A DNA stretch of 64,000 bases from an uncultured Rhabdochlamydiaceae bacterium (GTDB lineage: Bacteria; Chlamydiota; Chlamydiia; Chlamydiales; Rhabdochlamydiaceae): the NCBI GenBank assembly GCA_963712275.1, contig CAVQHD010000001.1, positions 96,001 to 160,000 on the forward strand, given 5' to 3'. Both the position numbers and the translations under genes were made by a program. The notes beneath the pieces were generated by a model, which saw only the letters and a list, made by a program, of their open reading frames with translations, ran no database searches and was not told the origin of the DNA. Shown here piece after piece: positions 49,719 to 58,427 of the stretch (position 1 is its first letter; every line of letters starts with the position of its first letter).

Positions 49719-50771
49719 ATGCTACCACTTGCAGATTACCAACCTGAAAAAATTATTGTTCGGATGCCAAACTGGATCGGAGATCTCGTCATGGCAACTC
49801 CGGTTTTAACAGACCTTCGAAGAACGTTTCCGAAAGCCCACATAACGGCGATGTGCCGAATGCCGATTTCAGACCTTTTACGCGAAGACCAAGATATCGA
49901 TGAGCTTTTTTGCTTCAGTAAAGCAAACCGTTTTGGAAGGCGGAACAATAAACGAGATATTGTCGAAAAGTTAAAACGGGGCAAGTACGACTTAGGAATT
50001 CTTTTAACCCATTCTTTTTCCTCCGCCTGGTGGTTTTGGCTAGGACGAGTTAAAAGACGTCTGGGATATCGGGGAAACGGCCGCGGATTGCTCTTAACTG
50101 ATAAACTCCCTCTTCCAGAAAATGTCCATGAACAACATCTTGTTGAAACCTATAAAATGCTTTTGATGCCTCTAGGCATCCCCCTTTCGATGACAAAACC
50201 ACGCCTTTTTCTAACGGAAAAAGAGTTGAATGAAGCAAGGACTCTTCTAAAACAGCTCGGGATTTCTTCTGAGCACGCTTTGGTTGGAATCAATCCCGGA
50301 GCTGCTTACGGTTCTGCAAAATGTTGGCTTCCTGAGCGTTTCCGAGAGGTCACAAAACGGCTTCTAAAATTAGACCATGTCCGGATGATCTATTTTGGCG
50401 ATCAAGCATCGATGCCTCTCGTGAAGCAAATTTGCAAAGATCTTCCTTCTCCTGTGATCAACCTGGCAGGATTAACATCTCTTCGCGAACTGGCTTCTCT
50501 CATCAAATTATGCCGGGTTCTTTTGACTAATGACAGTGGTCCCATGCATATTGCCGCAGCTGTTGGTACTCCACTGGTGGCTCTCTTCGGATCAACGAAT
50601 GAAGTGGTCACAGGTCCTTATAAGCAAGGAACAGTCATCCATAAGCATGTGTCGTGTTCTCCCTGCTATGAGCGGGTTTGCCCGATCGATTTCCGGTGCA
50701 TGAAACGGATTGAAGCAGACGAAGTCTATAATGAGATTGTTCGACTATTAAATGAGACTCCCCATGTTTAA
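49719..50771 (+). CDS. waaF: GT9 glycosyltransferase, heptosyltransferase II-like
   Basis: RMPNWIGDLVMATP, NPGAAYGSAKCW and TNDSGPMH motifs. Confidence 0.85.
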   Translation: MLPLADYQPEKIIVRMPNWIGDLVMATPVLTDLRRTFPKAHITAMCRMPISDLLREDQDIDELFCFSKANRFGRRNNKRDIVEKLKRGKYDLGILLTHSFSSAWWFWLGRVKRRLGYRGNGRGLLLTDKLPLPENVHEQHLVETYKMLLMPLGIPLSMTKPRLFLTEKELNEARTLLKQLGISSEHALVGINPGAAYGSAKCWLPERFREVTKRLLKLDHVRMIYFGDQASMPLVKQICKDLPSPVINLAGLTSLRELASLIKLCRVLLTNDSGPMHIAAAVGTPLVALFGSTNEVVTGPYKQGTVIHKHVSCSPCYERVCPIDFRCMKRIEADEVYNEIVRLLNETPHV

Positions 50772-51627
50772 GCGTCTTTGGAAAAGGCTGGGGCCCAATC
50801 CTCTGGATCAGATGCTCAAAAAAGGGGCCAAACGGGGGTGTAAAACCGTTCTGATTCCTTGGAATCGAGGAATGGGAGATATTGCATTAGGTCTTTACGC
50901 TATTGTCCACCGCATTAAAAATGTGATTCCAGATGCCGCAATTACCTGTGTGACACGTTCTGACCTGGAGGAGCCCTTTCAACTTCTCTCAGGCGTCGAT
51001 ATGATCATCGACGAAACTTGGAAACGAGGAGTTCCCTATACACTCTCTCCAACACTCCCCCATTTTGACTTGGTTTTAGACCAGGCTGATCCTTCCCACT
51101 GGGTTACCTGGCAGCGAGGAACTCTCATTCCTAAAATGGAATGGAATGAAAAGTGGAATGATCTCCACCTTCGCTTTCATTTGCCCAAAAATTGTGTTGC
51201 TGCGCATGTTCATTGTGAAACAAATTACTATTTTGAAAGAAACTGGCCTTCCGCGCGGTGGCAAGAGCTTTTTAACAGAATCCAGCAGCCTATCATTCTC
51301 TTTGGCCTTAAAAAAGAACCTCTTTTTAAACATCCTCACCTGTATGACCTCCGAGGAGAGACATCTTTTTTGGAAATTCTATCGATTATCAAACACTGCT
51401 GCCAGACTCTCATCGCTCCCGATTCAGGAATTCTAGGACTCACCTATTTTTTAAATGTCTCTTTTCCACTCCATGTTGTCTCTCTATGGGCAGACCCCAA
51501 TCATGGTGTTTTGAAACAAAATGTTGTTTCTCCTAACCCTCTTTTAAAGCACACTCCTGTGATCAGTCCCAATCGAAAAGAGGCAGCACTCATCACCTCT
51601 CAAGCCGTTTGGGAGGCCTTATGCTAA
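50764..51627 (+). CDS. GT9-like glycosyltransferase
   Basis: NRGMGDI, ERNWP, DLRGETS and APDSG motifs. Confidence 0.75.
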   Translation: MFKRLWKRLGPNPLDQMLKKGAKRGCKTVLIPWNRGMGDIALGLYAIVHRIKNVIPDAAITCVTRSDLEEPFQLLSGVDMIIDETWKRGVPYTLSPTLPHFDLVLDQADPSHWVTWQRGTLIPKMEWNEKWNDLHLRFHLPKNCVAAHVHCETNYYFERNWPSARWQELFNRIQQPIILFGLKKEPLFKHPHLYDLRGETSFLEILSIIKHCCQTLIAPDSGILGLTYFLNVSFPLHVVSLWADPNHGVLKQNVVSPNPLLKHTPVISPNRKEAALITSQAVWEALC

Positions 51628-52775
51628 AAGAAAAAATTTTATACCGCCTTCAACAAATCAACCAGCTCCATCTAGTAGCAGGCTTAGACGACCTTTCTCA
51701 AGAGCAGCAAGAGAAGTTTTTCAATACGCTGTCCCTAGAACTTTTTAAATCTCAGCAAGAGAGGCTTAAATGGACCGAGACTTCTTCTACTTTAGAGCCT
51801 ATTTACGATGCAGAAGCCGCCTCAGAAGTATGGAAACCTCTTGGGATTCATCGAATCTCTCAAGGAAAGGTTGCTTGCCTGATCTTAGCCGGAGGTCAAG
51901 GAAGCCGCCTAGGATCTTCTCTTCCCAAAGCACTCGTCCCCGTGACCCCTGACGGGAAAAAGACGCTTCTTGAACTTCATCTTGAAAAGATTTCAGCTGC
52001 CTGCACACTTTACCAAACCCAAATTCCTTGCGCTATCCTCACCTCTCCAGATAATCATGAACAGATTTTCCACTTTTTAAAAGAGCGGCATTTTTGCACC
52101 CTTAATGAGCATCTTGTGACCCTAGTAATGCAAACAGAAGCTCCCTTTTTAGATGAGAGAGGCAACTGGATCTTAAGGGGAGCAGGAAGGCTTGCCTCAG
52201 GACCCGATGGCAACGGCCACGCGCTTCACCTCCTTACGTCAAACGGCGTTTTAAGTCAGTGGAAGCAGCATGGTATTGAAGAAATCACCATTGTCCCAAT
52301 TGACAATCCTCTTGCCGACCCCACCGACCCTATTTTAATCGGGTCTCATGCCGCCAAATCTGCAAACGTGACAGTGAAAGTCATTCGCAGATCTCATGCC
52401 GAAGAAAAAGTGGGTGTTCTTGTGCGTAGAGAAGGCGTTGTCGCTGTTCAAGAATATTCAGAACTCCCCCCTCAGCTTCACTTGCAAACCTCCCCGCAAG
52501 CTCCTTTAGCCTATATTGGGCTTTTTGCCCTAAACCTTTCATTTGCAGAAAAAGTGTCTAAGTACCCATTTCCTTGGCATCTTGCACGAAAACAGGACCC
52601 CTTGACAGGCCAATGGATTTGGAAGTTTGAACGATTTATCTTTGATTTGCTGCCCTACTCGAATAAAACCCACCTTGTACTCTATCCAAGGGAGAATGTG
52701 TATTCACCTCTCAAGAATAGAGAGGGAGATAAAAGTCTCGCAACCGTTCAAGCGGCTCTCAGAAGCTGTCTTTAG
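51621..52775 (+). CDS. UDP-N-acetylglucosamine pyrophosphorylase, eukaryote/UAP type
   Basis: LAGGQGSRLG..PK, PDGNG, IDNPL, EYSE, KFERFIFD and SPLKN motifs; next to gpsA as in chlamydiae. Confidence 0.88.
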   Translation: MLKEKILYRLQQINQLHLVAGLDDLSQEQQEKFFNTLSLELFKSQQERLKWTETSSTLEPIYDAEAASEVWKPLGIHRISQGKVACLILAGGQGSRLGSSLPKALVPVTPDGKKTLLELHLEKISAACTLYQTQIPCAILTSPDNHEQIFHFLKERHFCTLNEHLVTLVMQTEAPFLDERGNWILRGAGRLASGPDGNGHALHLLTSNGVLSQWKQHGIEEITIVPIDNPLADPTDPILIGSHAAKSANVTVKVIRRSHAEEKVGVLVRREGVVAVQEYSELPPQLHLQTSPQAPLAYIGLFALNLSFAEKVSKYPFPWHLARKQDPLTGQWIWKFERFIFDLLPYSNKTHLVLYPRENVYSPLKNREGDKSLATVQAALRSCL

Positions 52776-52785
52776 AAGCTGTCTC

Positions 52786-52880
52786 ATCGATTTTTGGGAT
52801 TACTTTGGCCAATTTTTGCGACACCTGATATTCTGTGAGGATAGAGAGGTAGACGAACCCTGAGTTTTGCGAGCTACCTC
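52786..52880. repeat. Degenerate/collapsed family A palindromic element
   Basis: Left-arm-like fragment TCGATTTTTGGGATTACTTTGGCCAATTTT, then GAGGTAG joined directly to the right arm ACGAACCCTGAGTTTTGCGAGCTACCTC. Confidence 0.8.
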
Positions 52881-52904
52881 TAGAGCCATCTTTAAGAGGG
52901 TGTA

Positions 52905-53903
52905 ATGCAGATTGGGTATTTTGGTGCTGGTACGTGGGGATTTAGTTTAGCCTCTCTTCTTGCCTCTAAGGGATATCGCGTGATTTTGTGGGGTCAGAAT
53001 GAATCGGAGATTAAGCAGCTCGAGCAAACTCGATACCACCCTAAACTTCCAGGCTATCGTGCAGATGACGGCGTTGTTTTTACAACCCAATTTTCCGAAG
53101 CCTTGACAGGAGCTGACTTCATCGTTGAATCAGTGACAACAAAAGGAATTAGACCTGTCTTTCAAAAAATCGTCGAAATGGGTGGAACAAAAAGCCCAAT
53201 TGTAGTGACCTCAAAGGGAATTGAACAAAATAGTTGTCTCTTGCTCCCTGAAGTCGTCTTAGACGTTTTAGGAGAAGGGTGCCGCCCTCAAATTGGTTGC
53301 ATTAGCGGTCCAAGCCATGCAGAGGAACTCGTTCAAAAGCTTCCAACCGCTATTGTCGCCTCTGCCTACGACCCCCCGCTCATCTCAAAAATCCACGATC
53401 TCTTTTCAACCCCTTTCTTTCGAATTTATCCTAACACAGACATCAATGGAGTCGCCTTTGGCGGGGCAATGAAAAATATCATTGCAATTGCCTGTGGAAT
53501 TTCAGATGGCCTAGGGTTCGGGGATAATACCAAGGCAGCCCTGATGACGCGAGGGCTTCACGAAATGGGAAAACTCTCTGCTGTAAAAAAAGCAAAAAGT
53601 GAGACTTTGAGTGGGCTTTCCGGATTAGGGGATCTGTGCGTGACGTGTCTTTCCGAGCACAGTCGTAATTCTAGATTCGGACGGTACATAGGCCAGGGCC
53701 TTTCATTGCAGGAGGCTCTTAAAAAAACAGGAATGGTCGTCGAAGGGGTTGATACCTGTTTAGCAGCTTTTCAGCTTGCCCAAGAGGCTCAAGTCGAGGT
53801 TCCTATCACAACAGCCATCCATGCTATTCTCTATAAGAAAATGAACCCAAGGGATGCAGTTCAACAACTCCTTCAACGCGCTATTAAAGAAGAACACGAA
53901 TGA
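52905..53903 (+). CDS. gpsA: NAD(P)H-dependent glycerol-3-phosphate dehydrogenase
   Basis: GAGTWG, SKGIE, SGPSHA, GGAMKNIIAI and GLGDL..TC.S.HSRN motifs. Confidence 0.96.
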   Translation: MQIGYFGAGTWGFSLASLLASKGYRVILWGQNESEIKQLEQTRYHPKLPGYRADDGVVFTTQFSEALTGADFIVESVTTKGIRPVFQKIVEMGGTKSPIVVTSKGIEQNSCLLLPEVVLDVLGEGCRPQIGCISGPSHAEELVQKLPTAIVASAYDPPLISKIHDLFSTPFFRIYPNTDINGVAFGGAMKNIIAIACGISDGLGFGDNTKAALMTRGLHEMGKLSAVKKAKSETLSGLSGLGDLCVTCLSEHSRNSRFGRYIGQGLSLQEALKKTGMVVEGVDTCLAAFQLAQEAQVEVPITTAIHAILYKKMNPRDAVQQLLQRAIKEEHE

Positions 53904-55378
53904 TTCAAGGAACAAAAATTGTCGCCTGTGAAGAGATGGAGCGACTTGAAAAGCTCGCCATTCTAGCGGACCTTTCGATTGAAGAGCTGATGAACCGAGC
54001 CGCTGAGGCTCTTGCATCGATCATTGAAGATTGGTTTAAAATTTCTCATGCCCCTCCCAATGTAACCCTTCTGGTAGGAAAAGGAAATAAGGGAGGAGAC
54101 GCCCTTTCTACCGGCGCGCTCCTTTTAAAGAGGGGATTTAACGTTACTGCCTTTCTTGTCTACCCTCAAAGCATGCTCTCTTCCCTTTGCCTGGCAAGAC
54201 TGCGTCAGTTTGAGCAAGTTGGAGGTATTATCCACCACTTTCACCTAGGAAAAAGATGTTCCGATCCATTTATTATCGATGGAATCGCAGGGACAGGTTT
54301 TCATGGGACTCCCGACGAGCCGATGAAGGCCGCAATCGAATGGGCAAATACCCAGGAGGCTGCCCTTTTAGCTATTGATCTTCCTTCAGGTCTTGATGGT
54401 ACAACAGGAGTTGTGGAGTCTGTTGCAATTCAAGCAACTCTGACTTGCTGTTTAGGTTTGCCTAAAATCGGATGTTTTATCGGGCAAGGATGGGATCATG
54501 CTGGAGAGCTTCTCATAGAGGATATCGGGATCCCTCATGATATCATCTCCCAAGGAGCAGCCACAGCTCTTCTCCTGAAAAAAGAATCACTCCAGCTCCC
54601 GCCGCTTGTCCGAACAAGGCATAAATATGAAGCAGGCTATGTGATAGGCCTTAGCGGCTCGCCTGAAATGCCAGGAGCCGCTGCTCTTTCATCTCTTGCA
54701 GCACTACGTACAGGGGCCGGTATTGTCCGCCTTTTTACACTGCCTGAAACTCCCCGCACCCATTTTGCTCCTGAAGTGATTTGCGAAACAGCCGACCTTT
54801 CTCGCCTTGAAGAAGAAATAGACCGGGCCGACTCTCTTTTTATTGGACCCGGACTTGGACGGTCGTCAAAAGCCCAAACACTTTTTCAAAAACTGCTCCC
54901 CCTTTTGACGAAACCCACCGTTATCGATGGAGATGGTCTTTACCACCTTGCACTTCTATCAAGCTTTTCACTTCCATCGGACTCGATTTTAACACCTCAC
55001 CATCGAGAGATGTCTCGACTTCTAGGAGCGCCTCCAACGCTCGAGAGCTGCCAAAGATGGGTAGAAAAGCATCAGACACTCGTGGTCTTGAAAGGGGCGC
55101 CTACAATTCTCTTTCACCCTGCAAGGCGGCCGCTCATTATCACCACCGGAGATCCAGGAATGGCAACGGCAGGTGCAGGAGATGTCCTCACAGGCATGAT
55201 CGCAGCCCTTCTTGCTCAAAAAACCCCGGGCGATGAGGCAGCCGCCCTTGGCGTCTATCTCCATGGGCGCGCGGGGGAGCTTGCAGCAGACAGCCTCACC
55301 TCTTATGGACTCATCGCCTCAGATTTAATTTCACATCTGCCTGCAGTTTTCAGGGGAATGATCTCTAAGAACCCTTAA
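53900..55378 (+). CDS. nnr: Bifunctional NAD(P)HX epimerase/dehydratase
   Basis: GKGNKGGD and AIDLPSG (YjeF_N); IGPGLG, LTPH and TAGAGDVLTG (dehydratase). Confidence 0.92.
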   Translation: MIQGTKIVACEEMERLEKLAILADLSIEELMNRAAEALASIIEDWFKISHAPPNVTLLVGKGNKGGDALSTGALLLKRGFNVTAFLVYPQSMLSSLCLARLRQFEQVGGIIHHFHLGKRCSDPFIIDGIAGTGFHGTPDEPMKAAIEWANTQEAALLAIDLPSGLDGTTGVVESVAIQATLTCCLGLPKIGCFIGQGWDHAGELLIEDIGIPHDIISQGAATALLLKKESLQLPPLVRTRHKYEAGYVIGLSGSPEMPGAAALSSLAALRTGAGIVRLFTLPETPRTHFAPEVICETADLSRLEEEIDRADSLFIGPGLGRSSKAQTLFQKLLPLLTKPTVIDGDGLYHLALLSSFSLPSDSILTPHHREMSRLLGAPPTLESCQRWVEKHQTLVVLKGAPTILFHPARRPLIITTGDPGMATAGAGDVLTGMIAALLAQKTPGDEAAALGVYLHGRAGELAADSLTSYGLIASDLISHLPAVFRGMISKNP

Positions 55379-56377
55379 GACAACCGCATAGTGATCGCTT
55401 AAGGAAGCTTTTAAGTTCTCAAGATTAAATGTGAAAATTCTTTCTTGCAAAAAACCTAGATTGGTGTTGCATAGAATATGATCGAAGACGGTCCACGTTG
55501 GCTTGTCCGTTTGCCCTTGCACAATCTCTGTCATGTTGTCGCAGCATGTTGCGTTCTGGTGCCCTGGATGAGCTACAGCATCCTCTTTGAAATTGAAAAA
55601 ATTCACTCTTAGAAGCCTGCGTGCCTCTTCGTCTGCAGCCTCAATGTTAAAATCCCCCAGTAAATAAGTCCGTTTTTTAGCGAGTGTCTTCATATGGTCT
55701 AAAATCGCTTGAATTTCCTTGGCACGAATGGCTCCCTGCTCAGCGTGCGGATCGAGATGAGTTGCGATCACATGGCACTGTTCTAGCTCTGCGACGAAAA
55801 ATCCTCTTCGAATGCCTGTCTGCATGCCGGGAATGTTAAAAGGAATGAACTGAGGATCTTTTTCAAGGGGCATTTTCGACGCAAAAAAGAGGGCGCTTTC
55901 CATGCGGAATGGATTGGGCCCGATTCGATAATAGAAGAAAGGATAAAGATCTTTGATCTTGTCTATCAACCCCACTGCCGGATCAAAAGCCATCTCTTGC
56001 AGGCAAACGATATCGGCATTTTGGGCTTTAATAAGATTTGCGACGCCATCCATCCTGTGGCTTGCGGGGGACTGCCCTCCAAAAAGGTAGGGAAGGCCTC
56101 CCTGGAACATACAGACATTAAACGTGAGAAATATCTTAGGCGCTTCATTGGAGATCGGAGCTGAACTTTTGTAGGATAAATACGGAAAATAGCGCGCGGA
56201 AAACAGATTTAGCGACTCTGCCACAATAGAAAAGGGGGCCGAAAAAACCATACCTACAGCACCAAAGACCTTAGAGGCTGTCCCTATCCACCCTTTCCCT
56301 GGAGTGAAGAGGAACTCAGAGGCTCTCCAAAGCGGCTTGTTGAGATAACGGATTGTTTCCGTGAGTAAACTCATCAT
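55331..56377 (-). CDS. Endonuclease/exonuclease/phosphatase family protein (sphingomyelinase-like fold)
   Basis: TFNV, DIVCLQE, ATHL, GDFN, FDHI and SDHYAV motifs; hydrophobic N-terminal segment. Confidence 0.85.
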   Translation of the reverse strand: MMSLLTETIRYLNKPLWRASEFLFTPGKGWIGTASKVFGAVGMVFSAPFSIVAESLNLFSARYFPYLSYKSSAPISNEAPKIFLTFNVCMFQGGLPYLFGGQSPASHRMDGVANLIKAQNADIVCLQEMAFDPAVGLIDKIKDLYPFFYYRIGPNPFRMESALFFASKMPLEKDPQFIPFNIPGMQTGIRRGFFVAELEQCHVIATHLDPHAEQGAIRAKEIQAILDHMKTLAKKRTYLLGDFNIEAADEEARRLLRVNFFNFKEDAVAHPGHQNATCCDNMTEIVQGQTDKPTWTVFDHILCNTNLGFLQERIFTFNLENLKASLSDHYAVVLRVLRDHSPENCRQM

Positions 56378-57321
56378 ATTCTCCTTTTCATATACCAACT
56401 TAAAAAATGATCGAGCCCTTCTTCAAGAGAAGTTTGGGGGTTAAACCCTAAATGCGCTCGGCTTTTAGAAATATCGGCATAGGTGATGAGCGCCTCGCCT
56501 CGCTGTGCAGGAAGCAGCTCGAGGCGTGCCTTTTTTCCCAACTTTTCCTCAAGCAGATGCACAAGCTTTAAAACCTCTTCTGGTTGATGGTTGCCCAAAT
56601 TGAAAATCTCACAAGAGCAAGATCGATCAATCGCAGCAATCGTACCTCGGATGATATCGTCAATGTACGTAAAATCCCGCTTCATCTGCCCATTGTTATA
56701 GATTTGAATAGCAGTTCCTTGCATGATCGCATCCGTAAATGAAAAATAAGCCATATCAGGCCTGCCCCAAGGACCATAAACAGTAAAAAATCGAAGACCC
56801 GTGACAGAGATTCCAAAAAGGTGGTGGTAGGCATGCGCCATCAATTCATTCGATTTTTTGGTGGCCCCATACAGATTTGAAGGGGTATCGGTTCGATCTG
56901 ATTCAGCAAACGGGATTTTTTGATTAAGCCCATAAACTGAGGATGAAGAGGCGTAAATGAGCGGGATGTGAGAGTGCCGCCGAATGAGTTCTAAGATTTG
57001 AAGAAACCCAACTAGGTTCGCATCACAATAACTCTGAGGATTGGCTTTCGAGTAACGGACGCCTGCCTGGGCCGCCAGATGCACAACATGTGTAATATGA
57101 AACTTCTTTAAAATCTCTTCTAAAGCATTGAAATCTCGAATGTCGGCTTCAATGACTTGCGCCCCCAGCTCTCTGAGAAGCTGAGCGCGTTGCCATTTCA
57201 ACCCAGGATCATAATACGGATTGAAATTATCGCATCCGACAACAACATCTCCCCTTTGAAGGAGAGTTTGAGCAAGATGAAACCCGATGAAGCCTGCGAT
57301 TCCTGTAATAAAAATGTTCAT
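56374..57321 (-). CDS. UDP-glucuronate 4-epimerase-like NAD-dependent epimerase
   Basis: TGIAGFIG, HLAAQAGVRYS, YGATK and FFTVYGPWGRPDMA motifs. Confidence 0.9.
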   Translation of the reverse strand: MNIFITGIAGFIGFHLAQTLLQRGDVVVGCDNFNPYYDPGLKWQRAQLLRELGAQVIEADIRDFNALEEILKKFHITHVVHLAAQAGVRYSKANPQSYCDANLVGFLQILELIRRHSHIPLIYASSSSVYGLNQKIPFAESDRTDTPSNLYGATKKSNELMAHAYHHLFGISVTGLRFFTVYGPWGRPDMAYFSFTDAIMQGTAIQIYNNGQMKRDFTYIDDIIRGTIAAIDRSCSCEIFNLGNHQPEEVLKLVHLLEEKLGKKARLELLPAQRGEALITYADISKSRAHLGFNPQTSLEEGLDHFLSWYMKRRI

Positions 57322-57362
57322 TGCAAAAAAACTGTTTTAAGAGTAAAAATAAGTTCTTTTTT

Positions 57363-58427
57363 ATGAAGAGAATTATACCATTTCTTTTGTTAATTGACAC
57401 TCTTTTATTCCTTTCCTCTTGTGGTAGAGCCCCTTATGCCAGTTCGGACCTTGTCGGCGCTGACGAATTTGTGATGGATTCCTACAAAATACGACAAGGA
57501 AAATTTTCAATTTTGCAACTAGAAGGGAAAGACTTCATTGAGCTCTCCTCAGAACTGCTTCAAGAATATCCCGATGTGCTTCAAGATGGAGATGTTCTCT
57601 CCATTGCTCTTTTTCATCCAACTCGCTCTGATCTTAGTGCAGCTACTACCGCCTTAAGCCATTCAATTGGGTTTCTCGTTCAAGGAGGAGCCATCCGGCT
57701 GCCTGATTTAGAGCCAATTCCTGTCGCTGCATTGACTTTAGAGCAAGCAGCAAAGAAAATCGAGCAGGCGTACTCTAGCGAGATTCAAGATGTTCAGATC
57801 TTTTTGGGGTACCGAGACCGCCTGGAGCGAAAAGTAGAGCTCGCAGGCCTTGTCTCTACACCCTCCATTCCAGTCGATGGGAAAATCCGTCTGTTTGAAG
57901 TACTCGCTAAAGCAAAAGTTCCCCCTCAAGCCAATCTTTTCAAGAGTTACATGGTCCGGGAGGGCGAAATGGTCCCCGTCGATTTCTATAAGCTTCTTAA
58001 AGAAGGCGATATGTCCCAAAATGTGGTCATGCGAGGCTGCGATAAAGTGTATGTTGCAGACCCTTCTGCCTCAACCCTCATGGTGCTAGGGGAGGTTGGG
58101 AAAGAAAAACTTGTCGATATCCCGAACGGTTTTATGACTCTTCGACAAGCGATTGCCGAAGCTGGTGGCATTCCTTATACAGGCAACAAATCGTATATCC
58201 AGGTGATCCGCGGCAATGTCTTGCATCCAAAGATTTACACCTTAACGTGGGATCATATGATTCACCTACCATCAGAAAGCCTTCTTCTCATCCCTGGAGA
58301 TATTGTCTACGTGGCAGCTACCCCTATCGCCGAATGGAACCGTTTCATGTCACAGCTTCTTCCCACCTTTGTCAACATCGACCTCATCACAAAAGGGATC
58401 AAAAGCGTAGGAGTCAATGTACCATGA
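57363..58427 (+). CDS. Wza-like polysaccharide export lipoprotein
   Basis: Lipobox LSSC, LQDGDVLSI export domain, SLBB repeats, LIPGDIVYV..IAEWNRFMSQLLP. Confidence 0.85.
   Translation: MKRIIPFLLLIDTLLFLSSCGRAPYASSDLVGADEFVMDSYKIRQGKFSILQLEGKDFIELSSELLQEYPDVLQDGDVLSIALFHPTRSDLSAATTALSHSIGFLVQGGAIRLPDLEPIPVAALTLEQAAKKIEQAYSSEIQDVQIFLGYRDRLERKVELAGLVSTPSIPVDGKIRLFEVLAKAKVPPQANLFKSYMVREGEMVPVDFYKLLKEGDMSQNVVMRGCDKVYVADPSASTLMVLGEVGKEKLVDIPNGFMTLRQAIAEAGGIPYTGNKSYIQVIRGNVLHPKIYTLTWDHMIHLPSESLLLIPGDIVYVAATPIAEWNRFMSQLLPTFVNIDLITKGIKSVGVNVP

Noticed and set aside
58247..58423. N-terminal extension of the wzc-like ORF (similar extensions for htpG, kdsD, prmC, cinA, icd)
   Set aside because: These overlap neighbouring genes or promoters. 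Downstream starts fit family N-termini and translational coupling better.
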